DNA of 61,735 bases, filler included, from Choristocarpus tenellus KU-1152 (lineage: Eukaryota > Protista > Phaeophyceae), in the NCBI GenBank assembly GCA_964200185.2. It is 13 parts of 13 records of this genome, joined end to end, with 100 filler letters (N's around TTAATTAATTAA, not from the genome) between each part and the next. Parts side by side here need not be neighbours in the genome. Positions count along the whole stretch, not along the records: positions 38,242 to 41,577 come from CAXNAD020020728.1; positions 41,678 to 44,547 come from CAXNAD020024057.1; positions 44,648 to 47,479 come from CAXNAD020024350.1; positions 47,580 to 50,658 come from CAXNAD020022477.1; positions 50,759 to 56,429 come from CAXNAD020010067.1; 8 more parts are not named here. One strand, 5' to 3'. Every line of letters starts with the position of its first letter. The stretch's first letter is position 1. Of this stretch, positions 38,242-51,942 are shown one piece after another. The position numbers and the translations under genes are program-made. The notes beneath the pieces were generated by a model. That model searched no databases. It worked only from the letters and a program-made list of their open reading frames with translations, and was not told where the DNA came from.

Positions 38242-38343
38242 TTGGTCGCACATGTCGGATTTGAAATGTCAAAAAAAAAAAGAGTTGTTTGACCGAAACG
38301 GCCCCCCCCCCCCCCCCCCCCCCCCCCCCAGATACTTTGATCC
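38242..38343 (+). mobile_element. MITE family C, right half
   Basis: Matches 25838-25941; the long spacer is pure poly-C. Confidence 0.85.
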
Positions 38344-39392
38344 CCCAACCACACACAGCCAGCCCAACCACCCCACATCACACTCAAAACACCCTAAATA
38401 ATTTCAAATTCTTGCTCACGTTCAAACCGTGAAACGTACCAAGACCCACTCACCAGATAACTCTTCACGACTCAATTAAATCAAAATACATCTTTCATTT
38501 TTTTTAAATAAAAAAATATATATATATATTATTTTGGGACTTTCGGAACACAAACCGATACTTCCATACATTCTCTTCGGACCGCTCCAGGTACACACAT
38601 ACACACACACACAAAAAATCACAAAGTAGGTTGCACCAACACGTCTAGCCTCCTACCTTTAAGAACAATTGGACACCTCACAGCACTCTCAAGCCCCTAG
38701 TGAGCTACAACAGTGTCTTTCAACATCCATCCATTACCCACAATGCCGCTACCTTGGGCCTTGTAGCAAACAATTTCCAAACATCAGCCCTAAGGGTTTC
38801 TGGGCACAGAGGTGGGTCCGCAATAGGGTCCATGCTAATCATGTACAAGTCGGGACTACCCCCCTGCCCACCTTGCTGCCATGTCTCAGCAGCCAGGAGG
38901 GATTCATGAGGTGGTGTTGTGTTCACAGCTTGTATATAGTATTCGGAGTGAGCTCATTTCATATAAAATCCCCCCTTCCCAAAAAGAACTAACAGCACTG
39001 TAAGAGAGAGAGGGAGAGAGGGAGAGAGGGAGAGAGAGAGAGAGATTTCAACCCTTAGAACAAAATTAATCATATTGTATATATATATATATGGGAATTT
39101 TCTCATCGTTTAAAATAGTTCCCCACAGAATCAACCTTTTTTCCCACCTTCATCTCATCACATGAAAATAATAAGAAACTTGACACACATGTACAACAGC
39201 AACATCACTCCTTAAAAAAAACAAGAAAGAACATGACTTACATAAGAAAAAAAAATCCATCCATCCATCCATTTTATCTATTCCTAAATAAACAAAAATA
39301 ATCAATAAAAGTACAAAATAGTATCGGCAAATACACTGACAAAAACCACTCTCCTCCCCCCTTCCCCCCCCCCCCCCACTCCTATTTCTCAC

Positions 39393-41484
39393 CACTCGGT
39401 CAATCTCATCCGTGGTCACCCCAACACGCAACGCCTTCCCTGCCTCATCAAGAACCTCCCTTCCCACCTGTGTGAGTCAACAACACCGAGGAGATGAGGG
39501 TCAACCACAGCAACAGAAGAAAGTTGGTTAAAGAAATAAAAAAAAGTGGTCGATGTCAGAAAAACAGAACAAATGAAAAAAAAAGCACAGGCAGACATCA
39601 GATTTACAAATGAAACACGATATATATATATATGTGTGTAGAACTTGTCCCTTCTCATCGTGTTTATACTAAAAAAAAATAAGAAAAGTCAATGCCACTC
39701 AACACCATACCTTTAAAAAAAAAGAAAAGCATACGTGCTGTATTGACAAGTAGAGTAGTATTGTGGGATAAAATAGAGTAGAGGACAAATATTTCAAACT
39801 ATATACACATACACAAACATACAGCTTCAACTACATGCACTTTAGGAGCAAATAGCAGAACCCATCGCAACAAGATACACCTTTTCCTGTCAAAAAGGTA
39901 ACATTTTTCATCAACAAGATACACCTTTTCCTGTCAAAAAAGGTAACCTTTTTCATCAAAAAGATGCACCTTTTCTTGTCAAAAAGATACACCTTTTCCC
40001 GTCAGAAATATGTACCTTTTTCTCATCGAAAAGAGTGCGCTACTACTCATTGTACAATTCCAATTGAAAAGAAAAAAAACACGTAAGAGATCATACAACC
40101 CCTCCAGGAGTGCGACTAGCCCACTCACAGCATGCCCACACATGCGGGGGTGACAGGGAGGCCAAAGTACAGACATCATTAGAGCCAGTGCGAGTCTGAA
40201 CTGACGTATCAAGTGGGAGGCACGCGAGGTTGGCGCGGGACTCTCGCAGGACAATTAGAGCCAGTGCACACGCAGTGAACATGCGAGGAAAGCGAGATTG
40301 AAAGGCGTACGTGCAACACAGAGAAAAGAGCCGGTAACAGCAATGATCTATAGAGCCGGTTTAAGCCTGCTCAATTCGTTGGGTATCGATTGCAAAATCA
40401 TAGACTAACTACACCATATATATATATATATATATGTATGTATCATTTTGAAGAATGTGCTACTGGGGCGAGCAGACGCACGAGAACGAGAATCAGGACA
40501 GGTAAAAACGAGATACCAACAAAACTCCGACTCCTTTTTCGTTTAAAAAAAGGAAAATCACCGCCTGCCAAGGAGCGAACTCTTTTTTGGCATATACCAA
40601 GCCGTAGCAGTGTCTCGTGTGTGAGAAATGCAATGACAGTTTAATTTAGCTCACTGCTAAACACAAAATCCGATCCTCTCGTCGAAGTCCATTCAAAAGC
40701 CGGGGCCCAATCATCCGGCACCATGATCACACACGTCCTCTCACCCTCAACTACCAATGGCACACAGCCTTCCCTTCCATACTTTTTGTTTCATTGACGA
40801 ATCTTTGGTTCGTATGAGCGACTACTCTCATACAAGAAAAAAAAAACAGTAGGAGAGTTCCAAACAGGGACTTCCCAGCACAACAATAACAACAACAACA
40901 ACAACAATAATATTTCTTAATAATAATAACATCAACAACAACAATAACAATAATAATAATAATAATGATGATGATAATAATAATAATAATAATAACAACA
41001 TCATCAACAACAACAATAACAAGAGAGAGGCAAGTCTGAGCCTTTGTCTTCGTAGTCATCAAGATTTGGTCGCAAATAAGCAACGTTTTTTTTTTTACCC
41101 CATCCGAGTTAAAAATTAAAAATTTAATTTCACTATTTAAAAGTGACAGAGAGAGAGAGAGAGAGCACTCAAAAGAGTTGGGTTCCAGTCGGCTGAAGCA
41201 CATTGTGTAGTACATCATGAAATACGACATCCAACACAGTTCATCCCAGATACTCAGAATTAAAAAGCACAATGTTTTGAGCTTTGTCTCTGATGACGAT
41301 TCCGTCTTGGACAGAGCAGCAGCAGCGGCGGCGGCAGTATCACGTAGTGATCAACAAGGAAAGAAAAAAACTCTCACCTTGCACGCCTCCCTGATGCCCG
41401 CGATCTGCTCTTCTGTATAAACTGGGATGGCATTTCCACCCCCTCCACCGTTGTTTTTGCTCCCCTCCTCTGACAGGGATCGAC
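39393..41484 (-). CDS. METAP1: Methionine aminopeptidase 1, internal exons 41378-41484 and 39393-39467
   Basis: IPVYTEEQIAGIREACK|VGREVLDEAGKALRVGVTTDEIDRV; GT-AG borders. Confidence 0.88.
39870..40030. repeat. Degenerate ~44-bp tandem repeat in a MetAP1 intron
   Basis: CAACAAGATACACCTTTTCCTGTCAAAAAGGTAAC units. Confidence 0.75.
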
Positions 41485-41740
41485 CTGGGAGGGACACAGT
41501 ATTGTTGGACTTAGGGCTATAATTTGGGTTAGGGGTATTCTCGGCACATGCCTCTGTCGGAAGTGGGGGTGGGGTGGNNNNNNNNNNNNNNNNNNNNNNN
41601 NNNNNNNNNNNNNNNNNNNNNTTAATTAATTAANNNNNNNNNNNNNNNNNNNNNNNNNNNNNNNNNNNNNNNNNNNNCCCCCCAATACAACCCCATCAAC
41701 CTTATCACTCTACTAATGTTTTGATCTTGTGCTTGCTTAC

Positions 41741-41859
41741 ATGGAGTGGCTGCTGATACAAGGTGGAAGTCTTGATATGTCGTAATCGCAGAAAGTCCCA
41801 TGCCGACGTCCCGTAACATGTTGATTGCAACTCTCCCAGAGCTTGAAGGTGCGGTTACA
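41741..41859 (-). CDS. Possible isolated exon of an unidentified gene
   Basis: Strong TTTTTTTCAG acceptor and GTAAGC donor; two frames open; no recognisable homology. Confidence 0.35.
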
Positions 41860-42034
41860 CTGAAAAAAATAAAATAAATAAAAAATACATACATAAAAGA
41901 AGAAAATGTCACATAACCTGCGAAAAAAATAATATTTAAAACTCTGCATCTACGAAAATAACATGACAAAAAACAATCCGTGTTCAAATAGTGATCTGAA
42001 AATAACTATATGTGAACATTAAAAAATAATAATA

Positions 42035-42235
42035 TACTAATACTAATAATACCATCTGTGTATTCGTATTTCGTAGTATAGTTCTGATTTTTTTAAACAA
42101 TAATAATAATAATAATAATAATACCATCCGTGTATTCGAGTTTCATAATATAGTTCTGATTTTTTTTTTAAATAATAATAATAATAATAATACCATCCGT
42201 GTATTCGTACTTCACGATATAGTTCTGATTTTAAA
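42035..42235. repeat. Tandem repeat, ~70-bp unit x3, with (AAT)n tracts
   Basis: TACCATCYGTGTATTCG...TATAGTTCTGATTTT repeated. Confidence 0.85.
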
Positions 42236-42587
42236 CTTAAAAAAATACAGTGATGCACATAGACGTAGTGGGGAGCAGGAACCGAAACCACAAAGAAGAA
42301 ACACAAATAAAAATAAAAAATTGCGTCAAGAAATGAACCTCAGACCCCAATCGCAAGACTGTCCCTTACCATCAATCACGTCCACTGGAAGGCAAAAATA
42401 GGAACCAAGTGGGAACACAAAGAATTAGCATGAGATCACGACCACAAGACCATCCCCTTCTCACCCGCCACACACACAATGAACACAAACCGTGATTTTA
42501 AAAATATTATTTTTTCTTGTTCTCCCTCAACTGCATGATAGCTACCTCTAGCCATCTTACTGTCTGCAACACAACACACGCACACAT

Positions 42588-42600
42588 ATGTATGTATGTA

Positions 42601-42657
<57 letters not shown>

Positions 42658-42676
42658 TCGTGGGTGTGTACAACTA

Positions 42677-42720
<44 letters not shown>

Positions 42721-42760
42721 AACTAATGTGTGTGTGTGTACAACTAATGTGTGTGTGTAT
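42588..42760. repeat. Compound (TATG)n/(TG)n microsatellite
   Basis: Directly visible. Other microsatellites at 11195-11223 (AG), 40880-41020 and 43719-43757 (AAT/AAC). Confidence 0.95.
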
Positions 42761-42765
42761 ACATA

Positions 42766-43131
42766 CTCCCTCTGTCCCGTACGTCTGTACCTTTACGCAT
42801 GTACCTCTTCAGGGATGACCTCCGATCTCAAAACGGATTTTTACATTGGATTCCTTGACTCTTTCTTTCCATTAGAATACCTTCCATTTCAGTCTTAGGG
42901 TTAGCCCATCAATCCACCACCAATTCGGTGCCTTCTTGTGGGCCTATGTCCGCCTAACCTCAGTTACATATTTTCAGAACAAATAATTTCAGGATATATA
43001 TATATTTTCAAATATAACTCATCTTACGTAAAAAAAATTCCAAGGAATCCAATGCAAAAATCGCTTTTGAAATTGGAGGCCACCCCGAAGAGGTACATGC
43101 ATAAAGGTACAGGCTTATGGGACAGAGGGAG
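42766..43131. mobile_element. Stowaway-like (Tc1/mariner) MITE, TA TSD
   Basis: TA-CTCCCTCTGTCCC...GGGACAGAGGGAG-TA with ~100-bp imperfect inverted arms. Confidence 0.9.
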
Positions 43132-43717
43132 TAGATACATAGATACATAGATACAAGGATAGATACATAGATACACACAGGTGTATGATCTTCCATGTTT
43201 GATAACGCAGCTTGTGCTGACAGCATGGTGCCAAACACAGTCAAAATTTCATCTCATCAACAGCTTCAAGATCAAATCGGAGATTACCAATAACAAGATT
43301 GATACCAAGGGAGGGGATCAACGAATTGGTATGACTTAATAAGGTATACCTTAATGTATATCTATCTATATAGATAGATGTATGTATGATTATACCCCTG
43401 ATGGTATATATATTCAATGCTGTATATACCGTCATTGATTTCTTTCAAGGTAGCTAGTTGGTCTAACCATCCCACCAATACTGACAAAAATATCATTTTT
43501 TTATTTAGTACCCTTCACTGGCAGAGGGACAGGACCTCAATCAACTTCTCACAACTGCCTCTAGTAGAAGTAAATCAATAAAAAAAAAGATAATTCATCT
43601 ACTACTCTATTTGAATTAATTATTCCGGAACAGTATTTGTTCCTCACCCCACTATAGGTACAAGAGACAGGTTGGATACTTATTATTCTCAATGGTACGA
43701 GTACCATCTATTCAGCC

Positions 43718-43757
<40 letters not shown>

Positions 43758-44660
43758 TTCACACACGAAGGTGAATGAAAAAGGGAACGTAATTCTCGGG
43801 AGGGGCAGGCACTGGAAACTAAAAATAAGAATAAATTAATATTTTGAGATTCAGGTCAAACACATCCTATTGGCTGATGTTGTCATATATACCACACCAT
43901 TGGTGCAAATCCTCCTTACTGCATTGACCCAAAGTACCCAAGAGGTACCCAGTTTTTGGACGTTTTTTGCATTTTAAGTCAGTGCTTTTAATATTTTCAT
44001 AATTCACCCATATTTCTATAAATGGATGCAGTGCTAAATTTGAGTGCTAAATTTGAGAGCATTGCTTACTCTTTGTTAGAAGTTCTTTTCGAAACAATTC
44101 AGAAAAGTATCTACAAAAAAAAGAAAAAGACTTTTGCACATTTTTGTTGTTGTCCTACAAACGTATGTAACCCTAACCCTAAGTTAGCTTAACTCACACC
44201 GTGTCTCCCTAACCAGGAAGCACTCTCTCATTTATCACAGATATATAAATGAAAATATAAATATATAAATATAAATATAAATATACACATGTTAGCATAT
44301 AATAAACAAGTTCAAATACATAGTAAATACTTCCAAATATACAATAAATCGATACAAAAATATGCACAAAACACACATAAAAAATATACACTAGATACAT
44401 ATATATACACCAATAATTAGATCCAAATATATAAAAATAAATATATAAACACATACTAAGAAGTCCATCACATACTCCAGACTATACACAAAACACAACT
44501 CCCCTCCCCCGCAAAGCTCCCCTTTCCCAGCCCCCCCCTACCAACATNNNNNNNNNNNNNNNNNNNNNNNNNNNNNNNNNNNNNNNNNNNNTTAATTAAT
44601 TAANNNNNNNNNNNNNNNNNNNNNNNNNNNNNNNNNNNNNNNNNNNNAGAAAGGGGGTAG

Positions 44661-44720
<60 letters not shown>

Positions 44721-45977
44721 TGAGAGTCGATGTTGACATAGGCATTGATTTATACAGTGGGACAAGAGCCATAGTGTGGACCATAAGCTGTGCTGGGAAG
44801 TGGCAACGAGGTGGGGTTGGAGTCAACTCTTCGCTCTCTAAATGACAGCAGGAGACAATGATCTCATTTGACACTCGCCTAGACTAGATATGTTCTTTAT
44901 TGGGTTAGGGTGAAATACCCCCCGTCCATGTCGTCCAGCATCCACCCAGCTGATTAAATGCACTTTTGATACACTCATGGATGCCAAGGAGGCGATCAAT
45001 CAATAACAAGGAGAACGGACAGGAAATCCACTAAGCTTCTAATAGATCGGGCTTTGTTGGGGGACCTGTTAGGGATTTGACAAATTGCCAATGTGTGATA
45101 GGGGGGCAAAGATGAATGAACTGCGAGACGTGCTTGCTTGGAGGAGGACTGGTAGGGGTCCACTGGGGGATACTCAATTTGAAATAATAAGGCTTTGAAA
45201 TAACAGACAACAACAAAGGAGCTATGAGCAAGAACAAGGATGAAACGCCTTACTCATTCACCACTCCCAAATGCTGTCATCCTCGACCCCTCTTGTGTTC
45301 TATGGGTCGGCGGTGGGGAGAGTTGGGGAAGTAGGGAGGTACACAGGAATCAACAACATTGATCTCTTTTATCTCTTTCTCACCTCCTCCCAGGCCATTA
45401 ACACACCTTTCTGGTCGGGGCAGACAGTACAGTTTGAAAATAAAAAGATGCCTACCGACTGGGTGCAACAACTACAACTACAACTACAACTACAACTACT
45501 ACTATAAATACAAAAAAAAAACTTTGAGACAGCTGGATAAAAGAACGGACGAGGTGGGCGCAGACAACGAGGACCAACTGGAATTCCTGGCAGGGCTGGA
45601 AATAAACAGATGAAGGCAAACTGGAACAACACACCAGTCCACATGTACCACCCTAACACGTTGACTTTTCAAAAACTGAACGAAGAGGTCGAGACAATAC
45701 CCCAATAGGGTCCAAAACCACCTCAAGGTGTCCAAGAAGGTGCTTTATGAATGTGCGTTGTACTCATTCTCACCCTAAGTTTCACACAGGCACAGTACCA
45801 AATTAATGTCTGCAAAACAGCTACAGTATCTCTACAAAAAACTCAAAACAGTTACAATGATACAAAATCTTCTGCAAAATTCTCACCCCTGTTGCTACTC
45901 TGACATGAAATCTTCTACAACATTCTCACCCCTGTTCCTACTCTGTGCTGACTTTTAACAGTGAAAAATCCACTAAC

Positions 45978-46628
45978 CTGCATCATCGGCCACCACAAGG
46001 CGGCATGGTTGGTCTCTTGTGTGTTTTCATGGAACACCACCTCGTTGTCCCTCATGAAATCTGCCTCAAGAAGCATTTGCTCAGCTCGTTCATTTGCCCG
46101 CGCCTTTTCACACACAACAAACAACACACAACACACAACACACAACACACAACACACAACACACATAAACAACACACACACACACACACACACAAACGCA
46201 CAAGTTTGGGAGCACCATTTGCACACAGGCAAACAAAGATGGTCAGCACGTAAGCAAGCTGGTGAGACCTTTGACGCATCACACATCTTCAACAAAGGCT
46301 GACCAAACAAACACCTACACTGCTCCTCAGCGCTTGGGACCAATTGGTCTACAAAGTCCATCATTGCCCGATACGGCACCTACAGATCAACCGGGTACAT
46401 AAATTCCATTGTCCCAGACCAACCTCATCCCAAGGAGAGTAAAATAAAAAGCTCATCCTGAAATGCTACAACCCCCCTCCCCCCCCCCTAGTCACCCCAC
46501 CATACAATAACCTTGTAAGATCCATCGGTTCTCACCACTGACACCACCAGTGCATTGAGATGAAGTGTCTCCTTGATGCCAGTGTAGAACTTCTCACCCT
46601 CTCCCACCTGAATCTCTAGGGATAGCCG
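45978..46628 (-). CDS. p24/TMED (emp24/gp25L) family protein, internal exons 46536-46628 and 45978-46103
   Basis: RLSLEIQVGE...HLNALVVSV|ARANERAEQMLLEADFMRDNEVVFHENTQETNHAALWWPMMQ fits the GOLD end, coiled coil and start of the TM helix. Confidence 0.7.
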
Positions 46629-48244
46629 CTGATGGGGTGCATAGAGGTGCCAACGGATGGAAGGGGCGAGCAAGTAGGGCCGCTTGGCATCGAAGTAATT
46701 ACTTTTGCATCAAACCACCTGCACTCAGAATTAGCTAACAGTAAATTTGACTCCCTGTCCCCTCTATCATTCAATCAATCCTGGAGTGACACAGGCCATT
46801 GTCAAATCTCCTTACCATGCGACTCTTCTTACTGGAACTGTGGTGCTTTGCACACAGCATGAATGCACCGTCCTTCCATAACTCCCACGAGTGAATCCCC
46901 TTTTGTCCAAGGCCCATGCAGGTAGACAGATAAACATACACAAAGGGAGGGGTATAGAGTGGTTACGTGTACTCTCTTATCTCTCTTATCTCTCCCTCCT
47001 CTCCCCTCTCTTATCTCTCTCTCTCTCCTGTGATCTTTGGTACTATCTTCTCATACATACCCTCAGTGCCAAGCACACAAACAACATTTCAAGGGGGATA
47101 ACCATAGAGGAGTGAGTGTGTCAGCAAGTGCAGGTTGCATTAACAGCATTCGACATACAGGGATGAGCATAACTATCATGGGCAATGAAAACTAGGCATT
47201 CTTAATCTGCTGTGTTTCCTTAATTCAATATCGAACCAGTTTACGGTGGTTGTGGTTGGAATTACAGCAACAAGGTCACCGAATCAATAATGGGTAAAAA
47301 AGCCTTCAGAAAGCGGAAAACCAACATCACACCCCAATAATTAAGTTACACCCCCAACTCTGTCAAGAACATACCATCATCTACTACACCTTCCATGACA
47401 TCCTCAAAATATCCCCCTCCCCCAACCCCACCACCTCTCTCACCCACACCTTACCCCAACCCCCCCTCCAAGTTTCTCANNNNNNNNNNNNNNNNNNNNN
47501 NNNNNNNNNNNNNNNNNNNNNNNTTAATTAATTAANNNNNNNNNNNNNNNNNNNNNNNNNNNNNNNNNNNNNNNNNNNNGTCTTGCCCGGTGATTCTCTT
47601 CGCCACCCTTGCCTGAGTGAACCACGCCACCACAGAATCACACGATTCACAAAAGCCTCAGCAACAAAATTCCTCCCTCTCAGCAACTAAACAGGTATCA
47701 CCTCCAGTAGTGAGAACTACAAAGAGTGCAACAAGAGGGTGTATTCACTCCTAGCTATATACCAGAGAAGATCAAATTGAGTCCCACCAGCAACACACAG
47801 AGACCGCCAGTACTATGAAGGAATTCCCAGGCCAGTCCCCATACATTCCCAACCCAAGCTCTACAGATATTGTTGTGGGTTTTTGGTGACTGTGTCGCCT
47901 TGTATCTCTATTTGACGCCAGGCAGGTGCATGACTGATGCAGGCAAGGGGTGAGTTGGTTGGGGTGCTTGCCCTCACACACCCTCAGATCATTATGATGT
48001 GTACAGGAGATGCAATTGTGGTACACACAGTTCGTGTTCACTTCTGGGCATTGAGATCTTCCTCTTAAGTCCAACCAATTGAGAGATTGGCAGATTTAGG
48101 CCCTTTTTCAAAGTCATTTTTCCTACTCTGTGCAATACTCTATTCCATTGCTTGATGTGCACAATAGTGTACAAAAAATTGACATTCTCCTTTTCCACAC
48201 AAAATTTATACTGCAGTTCATCAAAGGCTCTTTCTGTAGCTGTA

Positions 48245-49596
48245 CCTCCTCCGTTCGAAATTTAATGCAACATAACTTGTACAAGCTCTGTTCTCGCCTG
48301 GGAATGACCCACACGATAAACCCTCTGGACGAGACTTGGTTCTCATATAGATTGGGAGGCGTGCAAAGTTTGAGATGGTGGGATGTCATGATTGTGGAGG
48401 ATCACCAAGACAAAGTAGATTAAGTGGCATTGATGGGATTCAAAACCTCACGAAACTGTCAAAACGGGTGTATATTTGGATGCCTATGATGAAGTCCCCT
48501 GATCGTTTGAGCAGCTCGCTCATCCTGTCCTTGCCCGTCGGTTCCAATTCTTTGGTCCAGAAATGTGTGTCTGGGATCCACACTCAAACACTCCGACAAA
48601 GAACAGCGAGGTGGCGCAATGTCTGGAGGCGAAAGGGCGTGAGATTCAGATGCTTTGGGGGGGATGGCAGCGGCCATCATAGAGGACTTCGGAATCTTCC
48701 GAATCACTGTGTTCCGTAATCTGAAGGAGTATGGCAGCTAGATCGCATGGGGGTGAATGCATGAACCTTGTACGACGTCACAAGGGGCGATGTGGCCGCT
48801 GTACAAGTATCCTTAACATTTGGGATGTCCCATCGGCACACTGCACATCCTTCCACAAATGGGTGGCCAAAGCTGGGGTCTTCACTCCAGCAAACACCAC
48901 CCCAAGGGCGCCAACACGCTTGTCCCAGTCATGGTGGATGGGGAGAGGTATAAGAACCTCATGATTGAGGGTGTAAACCCGGTAATCAAAGCCTACATGC
49001 CTACCCTGGAAGGACACACCATCTTAGTGCAGGAGGATAAGGCAAGGCCACAAGGCAAGGGGCGGATCATGGAGAAAACTGAGGAGGCACCTGGGAACGA
49101 CATCGTCATAGAGAACCAGCCAGTCACCTCACCTGACCTCAACATCAACAACCTGGTATTCTTTCATTCCATCCAGCAACTGAAGGAAGACGTAGGGGTG
49201 ACCAACACAGAAGAGCTGACTGAAGCCAAAATGGAGGCATTTGATGTGAGGAGACACTAGAGTGCGTCTGGCAGATCCTCTTCGCAGTCTAGTGTGAAGT
49301 TCTGGTGTCCAAGGGTGACAAAGTATTCAAATTTCCCCATCTTAGTAAGGAAAAGGCTGAGAAGGCAAGCAAGCTCCCCCTGAATGCCCCGGCGAATGTG
49401 GCAAAATATCGTGCTGGGATGGAGTTTTGGAGACCTCTGAAGGTGCAATCATAGATAGGTGTAGGCTGCCCCATTTTGCTTGAGATTTTGGTAGTGTTTG
49501 CACAATGCACCCATAAAATATGAACACGTGAAAATAAATCTTGCTTCTTCATCGGGATTGTAAAAGTTATATTACATTAAATTCCAATGGAGGAAG
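48245..49596 (+). mobile_element. Internally deleted plant-type (DD39D-like) mariner element, TA TSD
   Basis: TIRs CCTCCTCCGTTCGAAATTTAATG / CATTAAATTCCAATGGAGGAAG flanked by TA. Transposase remnants LDETWF, VQEDKARP and QPVTSPDLNINNLVFFHSIQ. Confidence 0.88.
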
Positions 49597-50520
49597 TACA
49601 AAATGACATCCTTTTACCCTTTCTCAGAATCCTTGAAGAGCAACCCTGCCCACCTCAGTTTGTTTTTCTTACACAAACACTAGAGGTGCTGCTCTTTGGA
49701 CAGTATGTGGTCTCATATCCTCTATGAAAGGAACTACTCGAAATAATTGACACTATTCTGAGGGGTATCAGATCCATGCTCAAAATATACACAGGAGAAG
49801 CAATAGACTGAAAGAAACTACAACAATGAAAATTGGAACAAAAGCTGAAAACAAAATACGTATTAAAAAAAGACGAACAAAGAGGGGGAAATCAGGTACA
49901 CCCATATACTACTCACTATCACCAGAGAACAGGACATCACTGGTGTTGCCAGCACCACCAACCTTCTAGGAAAACTTGAACTTAACAGTCACATCCTATC
50001 TATCAATTCCAACTCCCACCCATCACCCATCATAAACTCAGGAAAACAAAAGACCAAAACTGAGGTGAAAGCAACAAGCATAAGTGTGACCTCAACTGCT
50101 TGGGGTGGTAACATAATATTTTTCAATGTTGGCTGTACATCAAGTGCTTTGTCCTATCAACCACACAATCCTACCATTTGTGCTGGTTTTCTTCCCTTGA
50201 ATACCATCCTATCACTGGATCCCAAAATGTGGTAGCTTGTCCTGCAAACATGGCCCTCACTTCTTCTCCTGTCCACCTAAGTGGATTTTCCACCAGCTGA
50301 CTCCCCAAACATAGTGTAGGAGTTTCTTGAGAAACGTCTCATTCACCATGCATCCCACTGAACTTGCAAACAGGATGCTTCATATTTTTGCATTTTGATC
50401 ACAATAGTGGAACCAGTCTTCATGAAGATATCTTCACAAGATACCTAGTTTGGCTGACCATGTAACTAACTCCCTTGTGCCTACTCCATATCATTGTCAT
50501 TAAATCATTATGGATCCATT

Positions 50521-50658
50521 GACTCAAATATCTGGGGGGAGGTGGCGGCTGTCCATTTGGGGTCAATTTTTTTATGTTGCGATTTTTGGGTGATCTGGTT
50601 GCATACATTGGATGGATAATCTAAATGTGCTTTTCCTGATTTTGGTCCAAATGGACAC
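50521..50658 (+). mobile_element. MITE family B, truncated by the contig end
   Basis: GACTCAAATATCT-17nt-GTCCATTTGGGG followed by B internal sequence. Confidence 0.85.
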
Positions 50659-51103
50659 NNNNNNNNNNNNNNNNNNNNNNNNNNNNNNNNNNNNNNNNNN
50701 NNTTAATTAATTAANNNNNNNNNNNNNNNNNNNNNNNNNNNNNNNNNNNNNNNNNNNNATGAAAACTATGCAAAGGGTGGGTGGGTGGGTGGGTGGGTGG
50801 GCGCACACCTACAACAAAATCACAGAGTATGGGAGTGGGTTTCAATATATGGAGGGGCAAGGGGGGGAGAAAATCTTTCCCCAACCTTTGCTTACTTAAA
50901 AAAGAGGTTCTGCATCGTGACAAAAAGAGTTGCAAAAAAAAAAAACGAATTTACAAAAAAAAAACTCAGATGGGTACCTCACAGGTACAACCATTTCTCC
51001 ATCCCAATATATATTAAGAGTCATCCTCGCGCAATGGCCTCTTGCAATGCACATTCTTTTTTTCACTTCTCTAATATTTTGAAAGTGTCATATTATTAAT
51101 AAT

Positions 51104-51134
<31 letters not shown>

Positions 51135-51198
51135 TGGAGGTAGGTGGGAGGTTGAGACTCAAGAACAGACTAGAAAAAAATGAAAAAATAATAATTAA

Positions 51199-51410
51199 CA
51201 GTGACTCGGGGTGAACTTAGCCTCCACTCGATAATTCCTTTCAGTCATGACCACAAACAACAGAATGTACTAAGACAAGTCCAAGCATAAAAAATGTTGA
51301 AAAGGTAGTTCTCTTCAACAAGAAGGGACGCATTTTTACATTCCTCTTTCAGACTTTTATTACGCCAGCGATAATGAAGAACATCAGGTTCGCTTCACCC
51401 CGAGTCACTT
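51199..51410. mobile_element. Possible small TIR element
   Basis: 16-bp inverted repeat AGTGACTCGGGGTGAA / TTCACCCCGAGTCACT bounding ~210 bp; no clear TSD. Confidence 0.45.
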
Positions 51411-51942
51411 CATCAAAAAAAGGTGTACCTCATTCATGACAAATATTGTAGGTGCCGCGATAAGTCTATCCGTGGAAAATCATTTGTCGGAACTGTCCCA
51501 AAAGAAGATGAAAAAAAAAAAAAAAACACAAGCTCACCTACTCTCAAGAGGAACACCGCCTACCAAAAACTGCCCAGTCAGCTACTACCGTTGGCAAGAA
51601 TTGGGGAGGTTGGTACAATTGAACGGGCAGAAACCTTGTAAAAAAAAAAAAATGCAAAAAACCCCACGCCACCTTCCTTTGCCTTGCCAACAGATGTGAT
51701 TGGAAGGAGTGGCACATTTAATAGCTTCACAGTTGTGACCTACTATGCACGGTGGAGAACGGAATATTCCAGTTATATTGGGAGGGATTATGAAGCATGA
51801 CATCCACAAACAACCAAAGAGCTAGTCCACATCTTTCATCACTCACCAGAATGGGAATCCTATTGCCCAGCCCTACTCCTCCTCCTCTGACTACTCCCTC
51901 TCCCCCCCCTGCCTCGAGCACGCCTGTCTCTCCACTCTGAAC

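Noticed and set aside
40751-42898. Low-complexity ORFs (poly-I/L/V, THTH, VCVC)
   Set aside because: They are microsatellite translations.
44168-44182. Telomere
   Set aside because: Only about two CCCTAA units, internal to the contig.
46255-46379. Extra cassette exon in the p24 gene
   Set aside because: The flanking exons already join into a contiguous p24 coiled coil, and inclusion with the visible donor would shift the frame.
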